Assembly (NCBI RefSeq): GCF_001194135.2
Contig: NC_068983.1
Coordinates: 94,167,907-94,231,906, forward strand
Direction of reading: 5' to 3'
Length of the DNA: 64,000 nucleotides
From: Octopus bimaculoides
Lineage: Eukaryota
Shown piece by piece: positions 39,732 through 53,013 of the stretch. Within the stretch, counting starts at the first letter, position 1, and each line of letters begins with the position of its first letter. Under the pieces are notes generated by a model, which made no database searches, had not been told where the DNA came from, and was given only the letters and a program-made list of their open reading frames with translations. The translations under genes were made by a program, and so were the position numbers.

Positions 39732-41865
39732 ATATCCTTTGACTGATGGATCTGTTTCCAGGGGCAAATTAAAATAGTTTCTAAATAATATTTCTCTATC
39801 CAAAACATTTTATACACATCTTACATTTTTTTTTATTTGTTTATTTCCATGTTTAAGAGGTGTGATTGTTAAATTATTAACAGATTAGTTTTGTATCTTG
39901 AAGTGTTTTAACTTAATCATGTTACTGATATTGCATTAAGTTTTAGATTTGTCTCATCTTTTATACATATATATATATGGAGAGAGAGAGAAAGTGTCAC
40001 ACTTAGCTCAGGTAAAACAATGTCAATTTATCAGTTAAAATATAATCTAAAATATGAGTTATATCCAATCATTGACACTATGCATTGTCCCAGTTTGCCC
40101 ATCTGTAAATATACAGTAGAGGTTTAATGTAATTGATGACTTTCTTTAGCTTGCAATACTTGAACTCATAACTTTTCAGTGGCCTGTGCAAGGCCACAAG
40201 AAACCACTCTAGATTTTGTTTGTTTTTTTTTAGCAGGAATTCGTATATGAGGACAATTCTTCAATAGTTTACCAACAACATTATAATGTACAAGGAAGTA
40301 TTCTGGCATCTATCTAACTAGACATGTTTTCACAGAAAATTAGAAATTATGCACACCCCTTGCATACCAGTGACATTCATTTTACTTCTACCACTTGAAG
40401 TCAAAGCAAGGAATGGATGCACACACACAAACAAACAACGTCTTTCAGTTTCCATCAATCAAATCTACTCATACGGTTTTGGTCAGCCCAGAGCTCTAGT
40501 AGAAGACATCAAAATTACCACACAATGGCACTAAACCCAAGACTTTATGGTCATTCCACTTCTTTACATATCAATCTCTGGTCAAAATGATGATATAATG
40601 CTAACATTTTTTGTTGACAAACATCCCATTGCTCTGTGCTGTCAAAGACCATTGAAAAACAGATAAAGTTGACTCAAATAAGTCTCTGTTTAGCCCATGC
40701 TAGCATAGAATAATAGACATAAAAATGAACAAACAAGTAGAAGTCTAGAAATTGTAGCAAAATTTTATTTTAGGTGACTCACAAAATGATCTAGAGAATT
40801 CCAGATATTGTTAGAAAGTAAATTTCTTTTAAAGAATAGCTAACCATACGTATCAGAGAAACAATAGTAAACAAGAAAATGAAAAACAATAAAGATATTT
40901 TTAAATAAGATAATCAGAGCTGTAGAAGCTGTTACCTAAACTTTTGTACTCATGTACTATTTGAGATTTTTGTGGTTGGGTTTCAATTTAAACATCTATA
41001 AGGAAAAGGTGGATATTGGAAGAAACTTCCAGCAGATTGTAGCTGCAGGTGGGAAGAACTGAACAAAGAATAGAAGCTACTGTTGTAGGAATAAAACAGG
41101 CAGAGAGAAGACATTGTGTAACTGTAATCTAGTGGTTGTAGCTTGTTGAGCTGTAAAATCTCTGTCTAATCTGTCAAATGCTTTCTTTTAAACATGGTCC
41201 AAAATTTTTGACTTTCTGACAAGGATCATCTTCAACATGTATGTCTGTTTTTCATGCTGGCATGGGTTGGACGGCTTGACAGGAACTGGTAAGGCCAGGG
41301 GGCCATACCAGTTTCCATAGTCTGCTTTAGCTTTGTTTCTATGGCTGGATGCCCATCCACTACACAGAGTATGCTGGGTGCTTTTTATGTGGCACCAGCA
41401 CACACACCAACACTTTTTATGTGGCACCTTGGTTTTAGGGTCTTGATTCTGTTGTGATGGGCAAGTCTTCTCAAGTACAGCAATGTGCCACATATCTTAG
41501 TCCTCTGTCATCAGTCATTTGGTATCAGTCCCCTGTCAAGGGCATAAATATTTTTGTCAATTGTCAGACATTGCTCACATACAGTATGTTTAATGCTGAG
41601 TTTCCTTCATTTTTTTTCTTTTTTATATTTATATTCTTTTACTTGTTTCAGTAATTTGACTGTAGCCATGCTAGACCACTGCCTTGAAGGGTTTTAATCA
41701 AACAAATTGATCCCAAGACTTATTTTTTAAGTCTAGGATTCATTCTATCAGTCTCTTTTACCAAACTGCTAAGCTACAGGGACATAAGCACACCAACACC
41801 GGTTGTTAAGCAGTGATGGGGAGACAACACAAAGACACACAGATACATACATACATACATATATA

Positions 41866-42120
41866 TTTATACTAAGGGCATTACTATACATAAATGCCTC
41901 ACGCTAGGAGGGACTTTTAAAGTCAAAACTACCATAATAAACACAACACAAGGGAATGCAACTCTAGAAGCGAGCCTCACCGCCAAGTCTGATTTTAGGA
42001 GACTCACTTCGAGAGTTGCATTCCTTCGTGTTCGGTAAAATGTATTTATTATGATAGTTTTGACTTTAAGAGTCCCTCCTAGCATGAAACATTTATGTAT
42101 AGTAATGCCCTTAATATAAA
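41866..42120. repeat. Foldback MITE-like element in the U12 intron
   Basis: tttatactaagggcattactatacataaatg...gtcaaaact pairs with agttttgac...catttatgtatagtaatgcccttaatataaa. Inner arms ggaatgcaactct / agagttgcattcc. Confidence 0.85.
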
Positions 42121-42449
42121 TAAATATATTTATAGGGAATAATTAATAAATTTTTCCCTTATGAGGTTCTTTCACACTAAATACTTAATAAATTCTTATA
42201 AAGATTTTATCCTCTATTTTAAATTGTATATATATATATATATATATATATACATGACTGGCTTCCTTAAGTTTCCATCTACCAAATCCACTCACAAGGC
42301 TTTGGTCATCTCAAGGCTATAGTAGAAGACACTTGCCCAAGGTGCCACACAGTGGGATTGAAGCCAAAACTATGTGGTTGGGAAGCAAGCTTCTTACCAC
42401 ACAGCCATGCCTTTTCTTTTCCGTTTCATTAACAAAATTATTTATTACA

Positions 42450-42477
42450 CTAGCAGAGCAACCCAGCGCTGCCCGGG
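42450..42477 (-). mobile_element. Helitron-like 3' terminus
   Basis: Minus strand cccgggcagcgctggg (GC-rich hairpin-like) followed by ttgctctgCTAG|T. The 5' end was not located. Confidence 0.55.
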
Positions 42478-42963
42478 AATGAAATTGTTGCTTATATACT
42501 GGAAGGAAAAAAGCAAAATATGCTGTATAGAAATCTGAGGACATTCTGTAGATGGACTCTCAGATGAATGATGAATGGGCACCTCTCATGAATTGGAAAA
42601 TTGAAGATGCGCCAAAAAGCCTCATTGGTACTTGGAAACTTTTATGAAAATTAAAATGTGGCTTAAATGAAAAAAATTATTTACGTGAATATCCTCACAA
42701 GAGTAATTGAAATAAATTGCGATTGTGGAACCCCTCACGCACGCACGAAAGCACGCGCACGCACACACACAGAGTATCACACATCAAATGAAATGGAAGT
42801 GTGTGTGTGTGTGACTGAGAGAGAGAGGTTTGTTGTCATGTATACGTACATGCATAAATATGCATACATCTTTGTGTGTGTGCGTGTGTATGAGAGAGAG
42901 AGAGAGAATAAATCTATACTATATATAAAACAGAGATGTGTGTGTAATCGACTTCACCAAATG

Positions 42964-44718
42964 CTTCCATACTTGTGATGCGTGAATAATTTGACCTTGG
43001 ATAAATGTTAGGCTCTTCATTTGATTTTTTTTATCTCTAATTAAAAATAAATAATATTGCTTTATATTTAAGATTCACTTCTTTAAAAAGGTTCTTCAAT
43101 ATCAACTTCCGGTATTGACATAACAACGGCAAAAAGCTTCACTCTCTATTTTGTGTATGAGAAANNNNNNNNNNNNNNNNNNNNNNNNNNNNNNNNNNNN
43201 NNNNNNNNNNNNNNNNNNNNNNNNNNNNNNNNNNNNNNNNNNNNNNNNNNNNNNNNNNNNNNNNNNNNNNNNNNNNNNNNNNNNNNNNNNNNNNNNNNNN
43301 NNNNNNNNNNNNNNNNNNNNNNNNNNNNNNNNNNNNNNNNNNNNNNNNNNNNNNNNNNNNNNNNNNNNNNNNNNNNNNNNNNNNNNNNNNNNNNNNNNNN
43401 NNNNNNNNNNNNNNNNNNNNNNNNNNNNNNNNNNNNNNNNNNNNNNNNNNNNNNNNNNNNNNNNNNNNNNNNNNNNNNNNNNNNNNNNNNNNNNNNNNNN
43501 NNNNNNNNNNNNNNNNNNNNNNNNNNNNNNNNNNNNNNNNNNNNNNNNNNNNNNNNNNNNNNNNNNNNNNNNNNNNNNNNNNNNNNNNNNNNNNNNNNNN
43601 NNNNNNNNNNNNNNNNNNNNNNNNNNNNNNNNNNNNNNNNNNNNNNNNNNNNNNNNNNNNNNNNNNNNNNNNNNNNNNNNNNNNNNNNNNNNNNNNNNNN
43701 NNNNNNNNNNNNNNNNNNNNNNNNNNNNNNNNNNNNNNNNNNNNNNNNNNNNNNNNNNNNNNNNNNNNNNNNNNNNNNNNNNNNNNNNNNNNNNNNNNNN
43801 NNNNNNNNNNNNNNNNNNNNNNNNNNNNNNNNNNNNNNNNNNNNNNNNNNNNNNNNNNNNNNNNNNNNNNNNNNNNNNNNNNNNNNNNNNNNNNNNNACA
43901 TCCAAAAATAATGGATGCATATGACAACACACCCCTTGACTCACTCACACTCTGTCTCTTACAAACACACACACATACATAAATATATACAAACATATTT
44001 ACAAAGACACACGTGTGTATGTGCGTGTGTGTGAGAGAGAGAGAGACAGACAGACAGAGACAGAGCCAGTGAAGGGGTGTGTCGACAATTATATGTACAT
44101 ACATAAATAGTCATACATTTCTTGTATGTATGTGTGTGAGAGAGAGAGAGAGTCACTGAAACATCTCTCTGTCTGTCTCTCTCTCTCTCTCTCACACACA
44201 CACGTGCAGATATACACACAGAAAAGATGTATGCATATGTATTTATGTATGTACATAGACATCACAACACACCCCTTCACTCACACACACAGAAACACAC
44301 AGTGCCAAAAAAAAAAAAATAATAGAAAATTTATTTACGGAAATTAACGAAGTGTGCGAGTTCAGAATGAAATCAAACGTGGAGTGTGTGAATGAGAGAG
44401 ACAGAGAGAATATATGAGATGAACATGGAACGCCCAAAAATCGTATAAATAAAAGCACGTTAAAAAGTATCTTGTACGGAATATTTAAATTTATGAACTT
44501 CATAAATGTGTGTTTCAGTAATTGATGGTAGTAGAGAGTGAGAGACGTCGCCGTTTTTTCACGTCCGTACCGGAAGTTGACATTGAGAAACCTTTTTAAA
44601 GAAGTGAATCTTAAATATAAAGCAATATTATTTATTTTTAATTAGAGATAAAAAAAATCAAATGAAGAGCCTAAGATTTATCCGAGGTCAAATTATTTAT
44701 GTACCACAAGTATGGAAG
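42964..44718. repeat. 1.75-kb element with inverted arms of about 150 bp (gap in centre)
   Basis: 42964-43114 is the imperfect reverse complement of 44568-44718. Confidence 0.85.
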
Positions 44719-44856
44719 TAAATAGTGAAGCCGTTTTCACGTGAAAAGCGATTACACACACACCTCTGTTTTATATATAGTATAGATGAAACCACACCTT
44801 CAGTTTTTTGTATACAATTGGTTATGTGTATTGTTGCATCCTCCTTAACTGTTTAC

Positions 44857-44981
44857 GCTGTAGCTTTGACCAAACTCAAAGAAAATAAACCTGAAGAGAA
44901 GAAATGTTCACGTGCCCAAGTAGGAGCAACTAAAACAAAATCTCAAGCTCAACTGTTGCTAGGTGCTGTGAAGAGGAAAGG
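44857..44981 (+). CDS. PSME3IP1: PSME3IP1 coding exon 4
   Basis: AVALTKLKENKPEEKKCSRAQVGATKTKSQAQLLLGAVKRK resembles human FSQAKLLAGAVKHK. Donor GTATTG at 44982, phase 2. Confidence 0.92.
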
Positions 44982-45275
44982 GTATTGACTTTGTATTTCA
45001 TTATCTGGATTCTTTTATTGTAATTTGAATATATGATTAGATTTTTATGCATACAATGTATAACATTATATATATTCTTTTACTTGTTTCAGTTATTTGA
45101 CTGCAGCCATGCTGGAATACTACCTTGAAGGGTTTTAGTCGATCAAATCGACCCTCCAGGACTTATTTCTTAAGCCTAGTACTTAATCTATCGGTCTATT
45201 TCGCTGAACTGCTAAGTTACGGGGGCATAAGCACCATCACCGGTTATCAGGCGGTATCGGGGGGTAGGGACAAAT

Positions 45276-45311
<36 letters not shown>

Positions 45312-45589
45312 GACAGGCTTCTTTCAGTTTCCATCTACTAAATCCACTCCCAAGGTTTTGGTTGACCCAAGGCTATAGAAGACACTTGCCCAAAGTGTCA
45401 CACAGTGAAACTGAACCTGGAACCATGTGATTGGGAAGCAAGCTCCTTACCACACAGCCACATATATTATATTTGAAATGGATATTTTTTTCCAAAAGCA
45501 TTCACAAGCATATTGAACTTTATAATGATAATTAATAGATAACTTTTATTTGTTGTTGCCCTTTGTTATTTAATGTCTGTGAGTTTATT

Positions 45590-46160
45590 ACAATGATGAG
45601 TTGGTGAAGCACGACCTTCAAACGTTAGCCTCACAAATGTGATATTAAGTGACCTTCGGAGATATGCTGTGCTTGAGAAGACTCGGCAAGCCAAGTGAAA
45701 CCGTAACCATGGCCTATGCTAGTGCAGCATAACTGGCCCATTTAAGAGTATCCGTCAATCATTGGGCAATAAACTGTGCTTGCGAAGACTTGTCGAGGCA
45801 AGTGAAGCTGTTGTCATGGCTGATGCCAGTACCGCCTTACTGGCACCCATGCCTGTAGCATGTAAAAAACACCAATCAACCATAGTCGTTGCCAGTGCCG
45901 CCTGACTGGCTCCCATGCCGGTAGCACATAAAAAGCACTATTCAAGCGTGGTCAGTGCCAGTACTGCCTGACTGGCCCTCATGCCAGTATTAGGTAAAAA
46001 GCACCCACTACATTCTTGGAGTGGTTGGTGTTAGGAAGGGCATCCAACTATAGAAACCTTGTTGGATCAGATTGGAGCCTGGTACAGCCTTCTGGCATGC
46101 CAGTTCTCAGTCAAACCGTCCAACCCATGCCAGCATGGAAAGCAGACGTTAAATGATGAG
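45590..46160 (+). mobile_element. RTE 3' UTR-derived repeat
   Basis: gagtggttggtgttaggaagggcatcc...ccaacccatgccagcatggaa...(gat)n shared with the LINE ends. Also at about 3270-3420, 7590-7700, 15770-16000, 41220-41480 and 51050-51190. Confidence 0.75.
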
Positions 46161-46885
46161 GAGGAGGAGGAAGGGGGAGAAGAAGAAGTTAGAAGAATTA
46201 TTATTATTATTATTTAAAAACAATTTTCAGAATAATACATTATAATACGTTAATCCAAGTTGATGAAAAAACATACTTCTGTATGAATTATTTTCAATGG
46301 GATAATGAAGGATACCTGTTACATCAATGGCATGACATAGGGTGTGTAGACCACACAGGGTGGCCCCTTAACATACATGTCTCTGCTGTAGTTGAAGTTA
46401 TATGACTACCAAAACCAATACTATACTACTATGTTGCATGCAAACTTCATAGTAAAGTGGACTCTAGTTTACATGATGTCATTAACCAAGAGATTTTAAT
46501 TAAGATTACACTCTTAGTGATGGGATTAATCATTGTATGAATCATTCTGGTTAAAACAAGGCTCTCACACCTACCTTGCAGTGTGAATCTAAAAGTAAAC
46601 ATTCACATCATCGAAATATTGAAGCTATGAGAATAAACAAACATTACATTTGTCAGAGTAATCTAAATGCTAAAGGGCTCCAAGGAAGTATTGACTAACT
46701 ATTAACAATTCTGTATTACAGTAATTAAGTTTGTTTCATGATGGGAGCACAATTTTCCTTCACTTTTTGTTGTTGGCTTGTTTTTGTTTTTTTTTTCACT
46801 CTATCCTTCTTGTCCCCACTCCATCATTTCTTTTAACTATTCATTTTGAATTTTTATCCAAAGATCTATTTCCTTTTTATTGTAG

Positions 46886-46932
46886 GAGTCCTGAAAAGAC
46901 AAATGTGGAAATTTCTGAGAAAAAACAAACAG
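46886..46932 (+). CDS. PSME3IP1: PSME3IP1 coding exon 5 (short)
   Basis: cctttttattgtAG acceptor and GTAATT donor. Encodes (G)SPEKTNVEISEKKQT. Its phases (2 in, 1 out) bridge exons 4 and 6 exactly. Confidence 0.8.
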
Positions 46933-47429
46933 GTAATTCTAATATTTATTTATTCCACTATGGAATTTCTAAATTTCTCAAGTGACAAGTTGAACACCAT
47001 GTAAATTGAAAGAGAAAGGTATACCATTCTAACCAAAAAATGGGAATCTGCTTGCACAAGTAGTTGTGATGGCAAAAACCTGAAAACTGTGGCAATTTGA
47101 TTTAAATGGTTAATGGAAATATAGATCATATCTAATATAGAAAATGAAATGGGAGAGCTTAGATATTATATCAATTGAATTCTTATACAGATAAACCCAT
47201 ATTCATCTCTAGTTAAAACTTAAAATAGCCTCAAAGCAAATTTACAGAAGCATGAAACAAATTTTAACAAATCAAAATAATATCAAAACAAATTAAAATT
47301 ATCTCAGAGCATGTTTAATTGTAGATATTTAGATAGAACTTAGTAGATGTCTATGTTTTGATTTGTTTGAACTTATTTTAAAATTAGAATTTATTTCATT
47401 ATTTGCCTTAGGCAAACAATGCTGCATTT

Positions 47430-47960
47430 ATTTATGAATGATGAAAGTCAATTTCAAAGCAACAATACTCTTACTCGAGCCCTCTGCTTCCTGTGGAGCA
47501 TATGCTATTAATGATTTTTCTCTTCTGTTCTTGACTCTGGTTTCTTTTCTGCTTTCTCTCCAGTTGGATCCCTTCTTTTTCAGCTCTACCTTAATATCCC
47601 ACCTCCAGTTATTTTTAGGACGTCCTCTCTTCCACTCCCCTTGTGGATCCCATGCCAGGACCTCACATATAATGCAGGATGCTGGTTTCCTTAAATTCTG
47701 GCCCAACCATCCCCACTTGTACTTCAGGATCTATTCTTCCAATGGCACCTACCTCTCCCCTTCTGCCACAGCTCTTCACTTCTCATCTTATCCAACCATC
47801 TAAATTTAAGAACCCATATTGCAGTTTTGATGTTTTTCCTGGTGATCCTTTTGGATTTTACTGCACCACATCAAATGTTTCCCTGAGAAAAAGCCTTTAT
47901 CTCCCAGGTCTTGTTAATTTTGAATTGTCATCGATGTTACTGTAATTTCAATATGCTTAA
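47430..47960 (-). mobile_element. RTE-type LINE C-terminal fragment
   Basis: EVLAWDPQGEWKRGRPKNNWRWDIKVELKK motif typical of RTE ORF2 ends. Confidence 0.65.
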
Positions 47961-48584
47961 AGTCATAGATAGAACTTAAGCTGCTTATTATGAAATTACC
48001 TCTCAGTAGTGTAATATTTTAAGTATTTATCCTGCTCACAATCCTGTTAATATCATAGAGTTGGTGTTGGCTTACCTGTGTAGCTTTAATGCTGAGTTTT
48101 GTTAAGATGTTGGCATAACCAATCGTTTTTGTTCTACAACAACCTATTGCAATTCTCTCCTAGATTTTTACCAAAAAGGTCATCATCATCATCACCCATT
48201 TTTTCCATGCTTATATAGATTGAGTGAGTGTCTTGCTTAAATTGAGTACATTGTCTTGCCCATTCTTTAATTCTTTGTCATTTCCTTCATGAGATTTAGC
48301 TTCTTGAGATGTCTTTACCACTTTTTTCCATGTCTTTCCTTTCTGCAGGTTCCTTCAACTTATGTGAATGTCCTCCATTCACATTGCATTTCCATACCAG
48401 CTTAGTCTTTTCTTTTGTACACTATATCAGATTCCAATTATTTCCAGTTTTCCTCTCAGTTCATTTGTGCTTCATCATGCACTCATTAATATTATATATC
48501 CAGCATAGAGCAGAACATCTTTGCTTCATTTCACTCAAGCTTTTGCATCTTCTCTGCATTCAGTACCTCTGTTTTGTTATCATA

Positions 48585-48782
48585 CAAGGGGGTGCTGAAA
48601 AGTTCCTGGCTTTAAGGGTATTGCAAAAGGCCTAGTTGGAAGCCCAACATTCCAAGTTTTTTTACATGGCTTAGAAAAACTGAAGAAAATCTGAGAGGAG
48701 AATATGTTGAATAAAATCATAATTAACTGATCCTCCTGTTTTTTCTTTTACCTAATACCAAGAACTTTTCAGCACCCCCTTG
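48585..48782. mobile_element. mariner-type MITE
   Basis: Perfect 21-bp TIRs CAAGGGGGTGCTGAAAAGTTC with TA on both sides (48583-48584 and 48783-48784). Confidence 0.92.
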
Positions 48783-49540
48783 TACAACATTGTGCTTCAT
48801 GTGCAAGCATCATACAACCTACATTTCAATGAAGGGGAAAATTCTTTTGTTGCCAGCAGAGATAATAGCTCTCTGAACTTTTTTCACCGTCTTTACCCTA
48901 GCTATTGTACTTTCAGAACTTCCACCTCCTCTACTAATTAGGTTGTCTAGGTTCAGAAACCATCATCTACTTCTAAGAAACCTTCATATCTTTTGCAAAA
49001 ATATAATTCATCGATGTTGTTAATGCTAACCACTCTTACAGACAAAATTTTTCTTCTGTCAGCCTACCTTTTTTTCCACTGCATTTATACACTCACAGTT
49101 TACATTGGGTACAAGATATTAAATTCCTACCTACTCTTTTTCTGCATATTTAATACAGCCATGTCTCCAATGGAGATTAAATCCTGTTTTCTTTCTTATT
49201 AAAACTTGGTAAAACTTATTCCTACCAAACATTTCTTATATGCATTTGGTGTGTCAGTTTATTTTGCTATAATATAAATGCAAGCATTAAATAGCAGTAA
49301 CATTTCATTTTAAGACCATAGATTCTTATTGGTCATGAATCTATCATCCAACATAGCAAAATTTGGACTTGTTTTCCATCAGCTGCTTATCTTTATATCA
49401 AAAATACCATTTATAATATTTTTTTGGAAACCTTTTTGGTGTATTTTTTTAATGTAAATTTTTGGTAAAGCTACTGAATCAGTTATAATCCTGAATCCTT
49501 ATATATATTTATTTTTTACTTTTTTTTTGTTTTTGTTTAG

Positions 49541-49755
49541 AGCCTTCAGAAGGAATTCCTAAGAAAGTATTTAAATCGAACATTGCTCAAGTGAGATACA
49601 TTCTTCCAAGCATTGGTGTCTACTCAAATCCCAGCTCTGATTCAGAAACATCAAGTAGTGAAGATTCTGACCTAGATGCTCCCTGTATGATGACCAGTAC
49701 TTTACACACAGAACACGAGCTAAAACGAATGACACGTGACCGAGTACCATTATGA
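49541..49755 (+). CDS. PSME3IP1: PSME3IP1 coding exon 6 (terminal)
   Basis: Long poly-T acceptor. Encodes ...VRYILPSIGVYSNPSSDSETSSSEDSDLDAP...RVPL*, resembling human [22 protein letters not shown]. The six exons sum to 723 nt (240 aa plus stop). Confidence 0.92.
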
Positions 49756-50064
49756 AAACTTTCCACAAAATTTTTAAATATGTAAAACTAGCAGATCTGT
49801 GTTTTATTCATTGAATTATTTACATAGAATCAGTCTAAAAGAAAAAGAAAAGAAACAAAACTTTGGCATTGTACAAAGAAAGAAGCCTTAATTTAGTAAG
49901 ATATACCCTTTTTTGTGATGCCTTACTTCATAATAACTTGCTACAGTTGTTTCTATATTCTAAAGGGATACTGTAAAAATAATTCCTTATAAATGTTTTC
50001 CAGTAATGTACTGGGAATATCCCTTTAAATCCCTTGATTAATATTAAAAGAAACTTGTAGATTT

Positions 50065-50070
50065 AATAAA
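50065..50070 (+). terminator. Candidate polyadenylation signal of PSME3IP1
   Basis: AATAAA about 310 nt after the stop codon, followed by T-rich sequence. AT-rich context makes chance occurrence possible. Confidence 0.4.
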
Positions 50071-51379
50071 TGTATTATTTTAACTATGAATGACTAAAAT
50101 TTATTGCCTTTGTAAGTAGAATTTTCAATAAGTATCTCACACTATTTTAGCATTCTACAGGTTTTTGTTAGAAGTAATACCACTGCATGTGTATGCATGC
50201 ACACTTGTATCTGAAACTGCATCTGCCTAAATCATAGTATCCTTGTAAAATATCTGGCTTCTTTCAAACTGGAACATACCAAAGTGTTATTTACTACAAT
50301 TTTCTGGTTATTAAATGACCTTTGTTGACAATCCTGTGTTGAAATATGTTCATCATTTACCAAACTAGATTCTTCCATACAGTCTATTCAATGAAAATTT
50401 GAGCAATGGGTCTGATATTGACAATATTGACTCTAACACATACAAGACAATAAGATATGTAATGATATGCTAAAAGTAAGGTCAACAAAATGATAGCTGA
50501 GGGCATGAATTAAACTTTTAAATCTATAATATTACCTTGAAATAAGAGTATCTGTATGACATTTATGATTACTCTTATCCCAATGGTGAACGTAACAAGA
50601 GCGAAAAAGAACCTTTATACTTTCAGAAATAAAAAAAGAAATAATGAAATTTAAAGTATGTATAACTATGTAAATGTTGTAAGTTGTTATTTTAAAATTG
50701 TCAGTGCGTGGCACCTTGAGTTAAGATCTATTGTAGCTTCGGGTCAGCCAATAGCTTGTGAGTGGAAATAGTAGAGCATGCATGTGTGTGTGTGTATGTA
50801 AATACAGGCATGACTGTGTAATAAGAAGTTTGCTTGTCGATTACATGATTTCAGGTTCAGTCCCATTGCAAGACATCAGGCCAATCAAAGCCTTAGGAGT
50901 GGATTTGGTAGATGAAAATTGAAAGAAACCCATTATGTATGTGTGTGTGTTACTATCTCCTTGCCTTGACTTCATGTGATAGTTATAAGCAAATGTCACC
51001 ATCATGCAAGCAGTATCTTTTGTTTTCAATCTTCCTTAAAATCATATCTGGTCATTGGGGGTTGAATATTAGCATACATGGAAACAGACAAAGGTTGGCA
51101 ACAGGAAGGGTATTTGGCTGTAGAAATGTGCTTCAACAAATTCCATCTGACCCACCCATCCATGGAAAAGTGGACATTAAAATGATGATATTGTGTGTAT
51201 ATATATATTATGCATGTTTGTGTATGCACATATGTACTTGTCTATGTGATAGTTTACATTCAGTATCCTTACATAAAAGTGTTGAGTAAAAAAAAATAGT
51301 GCCCTTTCTTGATATTTCCTGTTAACAGCTCTACATTTTTAAAGATTAATGGAATAAATAATCCATTACTTGAATAATA

Positions 51380-52100
51380 GGTAAGGGTTAGTGACAGGAA
51401 GTGAGGCCCAACATTTGGAGTGACAGTGAGGGCTCTAGCTTAGTATTGTTTATGTGTAGTAGGGATGTAATGCAGTGGTGTTTTCTTGATGAGTAATTCT
51501 TGAGGGTTTTTTTTTTTTGGTAGGGGGTTTCCATTAAAAGAAATAAGGTTGACATGGATCCACTGTGTGTGGCTGATGTATAGTTGAGGAAAGTTAGGAA
51601 AGAATGAAAAATCATGTTGCCTACTTAAAAGTGTGCATTGCTGGATATAGTGGCAAGAAGGTTATTGATATATAAAAGGAAGACAGTTAGGGACAAAACC
51701 AAACTCTGGAGAACTTCAGACTTGACTGTGAGAGGAGCTGAAAGATCTCTGTAAATACATGCCATGCTGGTATGATTGGATAAGAAGCTACTGATTTAAG
51801 AGATGAGAGAAAAGTAGAGCCTATAGGTAACAAGTTGTCATATGAGATTTGCATGCCAGACATGGTCAAGACCATTTCTGATGTTGAGTGCAACAGCATT
51901 GCTTTCATTGAACGTCCCTAAAGTGAGAGGCCAATAGTTGTGTAGATCCGGTTCTGCAGAAACCAAACTGATGTTCATTGAGAAAGATTCAAAGTTTTGG
52001 AGAAGATTATTAATTGCCTACTCTATTACATTGGAGTTGTTAGAAGTGAAATCAATCGGACAATAGTTGGCTGGGTCAGAGGGGTTGATTTTCTTTGGAA
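51380..52100 (-). mobile_element. CR1/Jockey-like LINE RT fragment (decayed)
   Basis: Minus-strand PSDPANYCPIDFTS resembles the DPSNYRPISLTS motif at the start of the RT domain. Similar decayed pieces occur at about 1-260, 4110-4500, 25300-26800, 36290-36800 and 40950-41180. Confidence 0.6.
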
Positions 52101-52116
52101 TGGGATACTATACGTA

Positions 52117-53013
52117 TTTGGTCATCCCATAAATAATGCAGTTTTTTCAATTGCATGAAACAAAAGTCAGAGGAGGTCAAGATAAACTACCTGCATCAAC
52201 TTGCTATAAAAGCAGGTAGTAATTTTACCTTTTATTTATTCTTAGAGTAAGTTTTGAAGAGTGCAGTTTGATTTTAACGGTTATTTTTTCAAAGCTATAA
52301 TGGAAGTGACAAACAAGCATATTCAGCATATTTTGCTTTATGAGTTCAATAAAGGCAACAATGCAATGGGAAGTGCGAGGAATATTAATGCAGTATATGG
52401 GGGATCAGAAAATAAGCATATGCCATTGTGAACAGTGGTTCCAGAAATTCTGAGCTGGAAACTACAGCCTGGAAGATCTTTAGAGTTCGATGAGGACATC
52501 TTGCAAACCCTGGTGGAACAAAATCACATTGTAACTGTTGAGGAACTAGCAGAGAAGGTTAGATTTGGTCATTCTACCATTCATTGACACCAGCGCTAGA
52601 AGAAAAACGACCATCTTTGGTTTCAAGACAAAAGCTGTTCTTCCATCAGGATAATGCTCATCCACATACAGCAAGGATGACATTCCAAAGACCAGAGCAG
52701 TTTGAATGGGAAATGATGCTCCACCCACCATATTCGCCAGACATTGTCCCATCTGATTATCATTTATTCCGCAGTCTTCAAAATCAGTTGGACCAAAAAA
52801 ATATGACTTCTGTAGACGAGGTCAGAACAGTACTTGAGTATTTTTCATCACTGACAAGGGAATTTTGGAAGTGGGGCCTTGCAAGTCTACCAGACAGATG
52901 AAAGAGTATTGTAGAAAATGGAGAGTATATTTTAGATTAAAAAAGAACTTTGTCTTAATTTTTGAAAAATAAAATGAGTATAAAAAAACTGCATTATTTA
53001 TGGGACGACCCAA
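52117..53013 (+). mobile_element. Internally deleted mariner element
   Basis: TA-flanked TIRs of about 30 bp (TT(T/G)GGTC(A/G)TCCCATAAATAATGCAGTTTTTT). Transposase motifs FHQDNAHPH and HPPYSPDIVPSDYHLFRSLQN. Confidence 0.93.

Larger units (their letters stand above)
39732..44856 (+). other. U12-type (minor spliceosome) AT-AC intron of PSME3IP1, 5125 bp
   Basis: 5' splice site ATATCCTTT (39732-39740), branch site TCCTTAAC (44842-44849), terminal AC (44855-44856). Splicing here joins exons 3 and 4 in phase 0 with an open frame. Confidence 0.92.

Noticed and set aside
543-44503. Many ORF-track ORFs rich in YIYI/CVCV/THTH (e.g. 543-794, 5893-6123, 42667-42978, 43959-44503)
   Set aside because: These are translations of (TA)n, (CA)n and (GA)n microsatellites with no homology or splice support.
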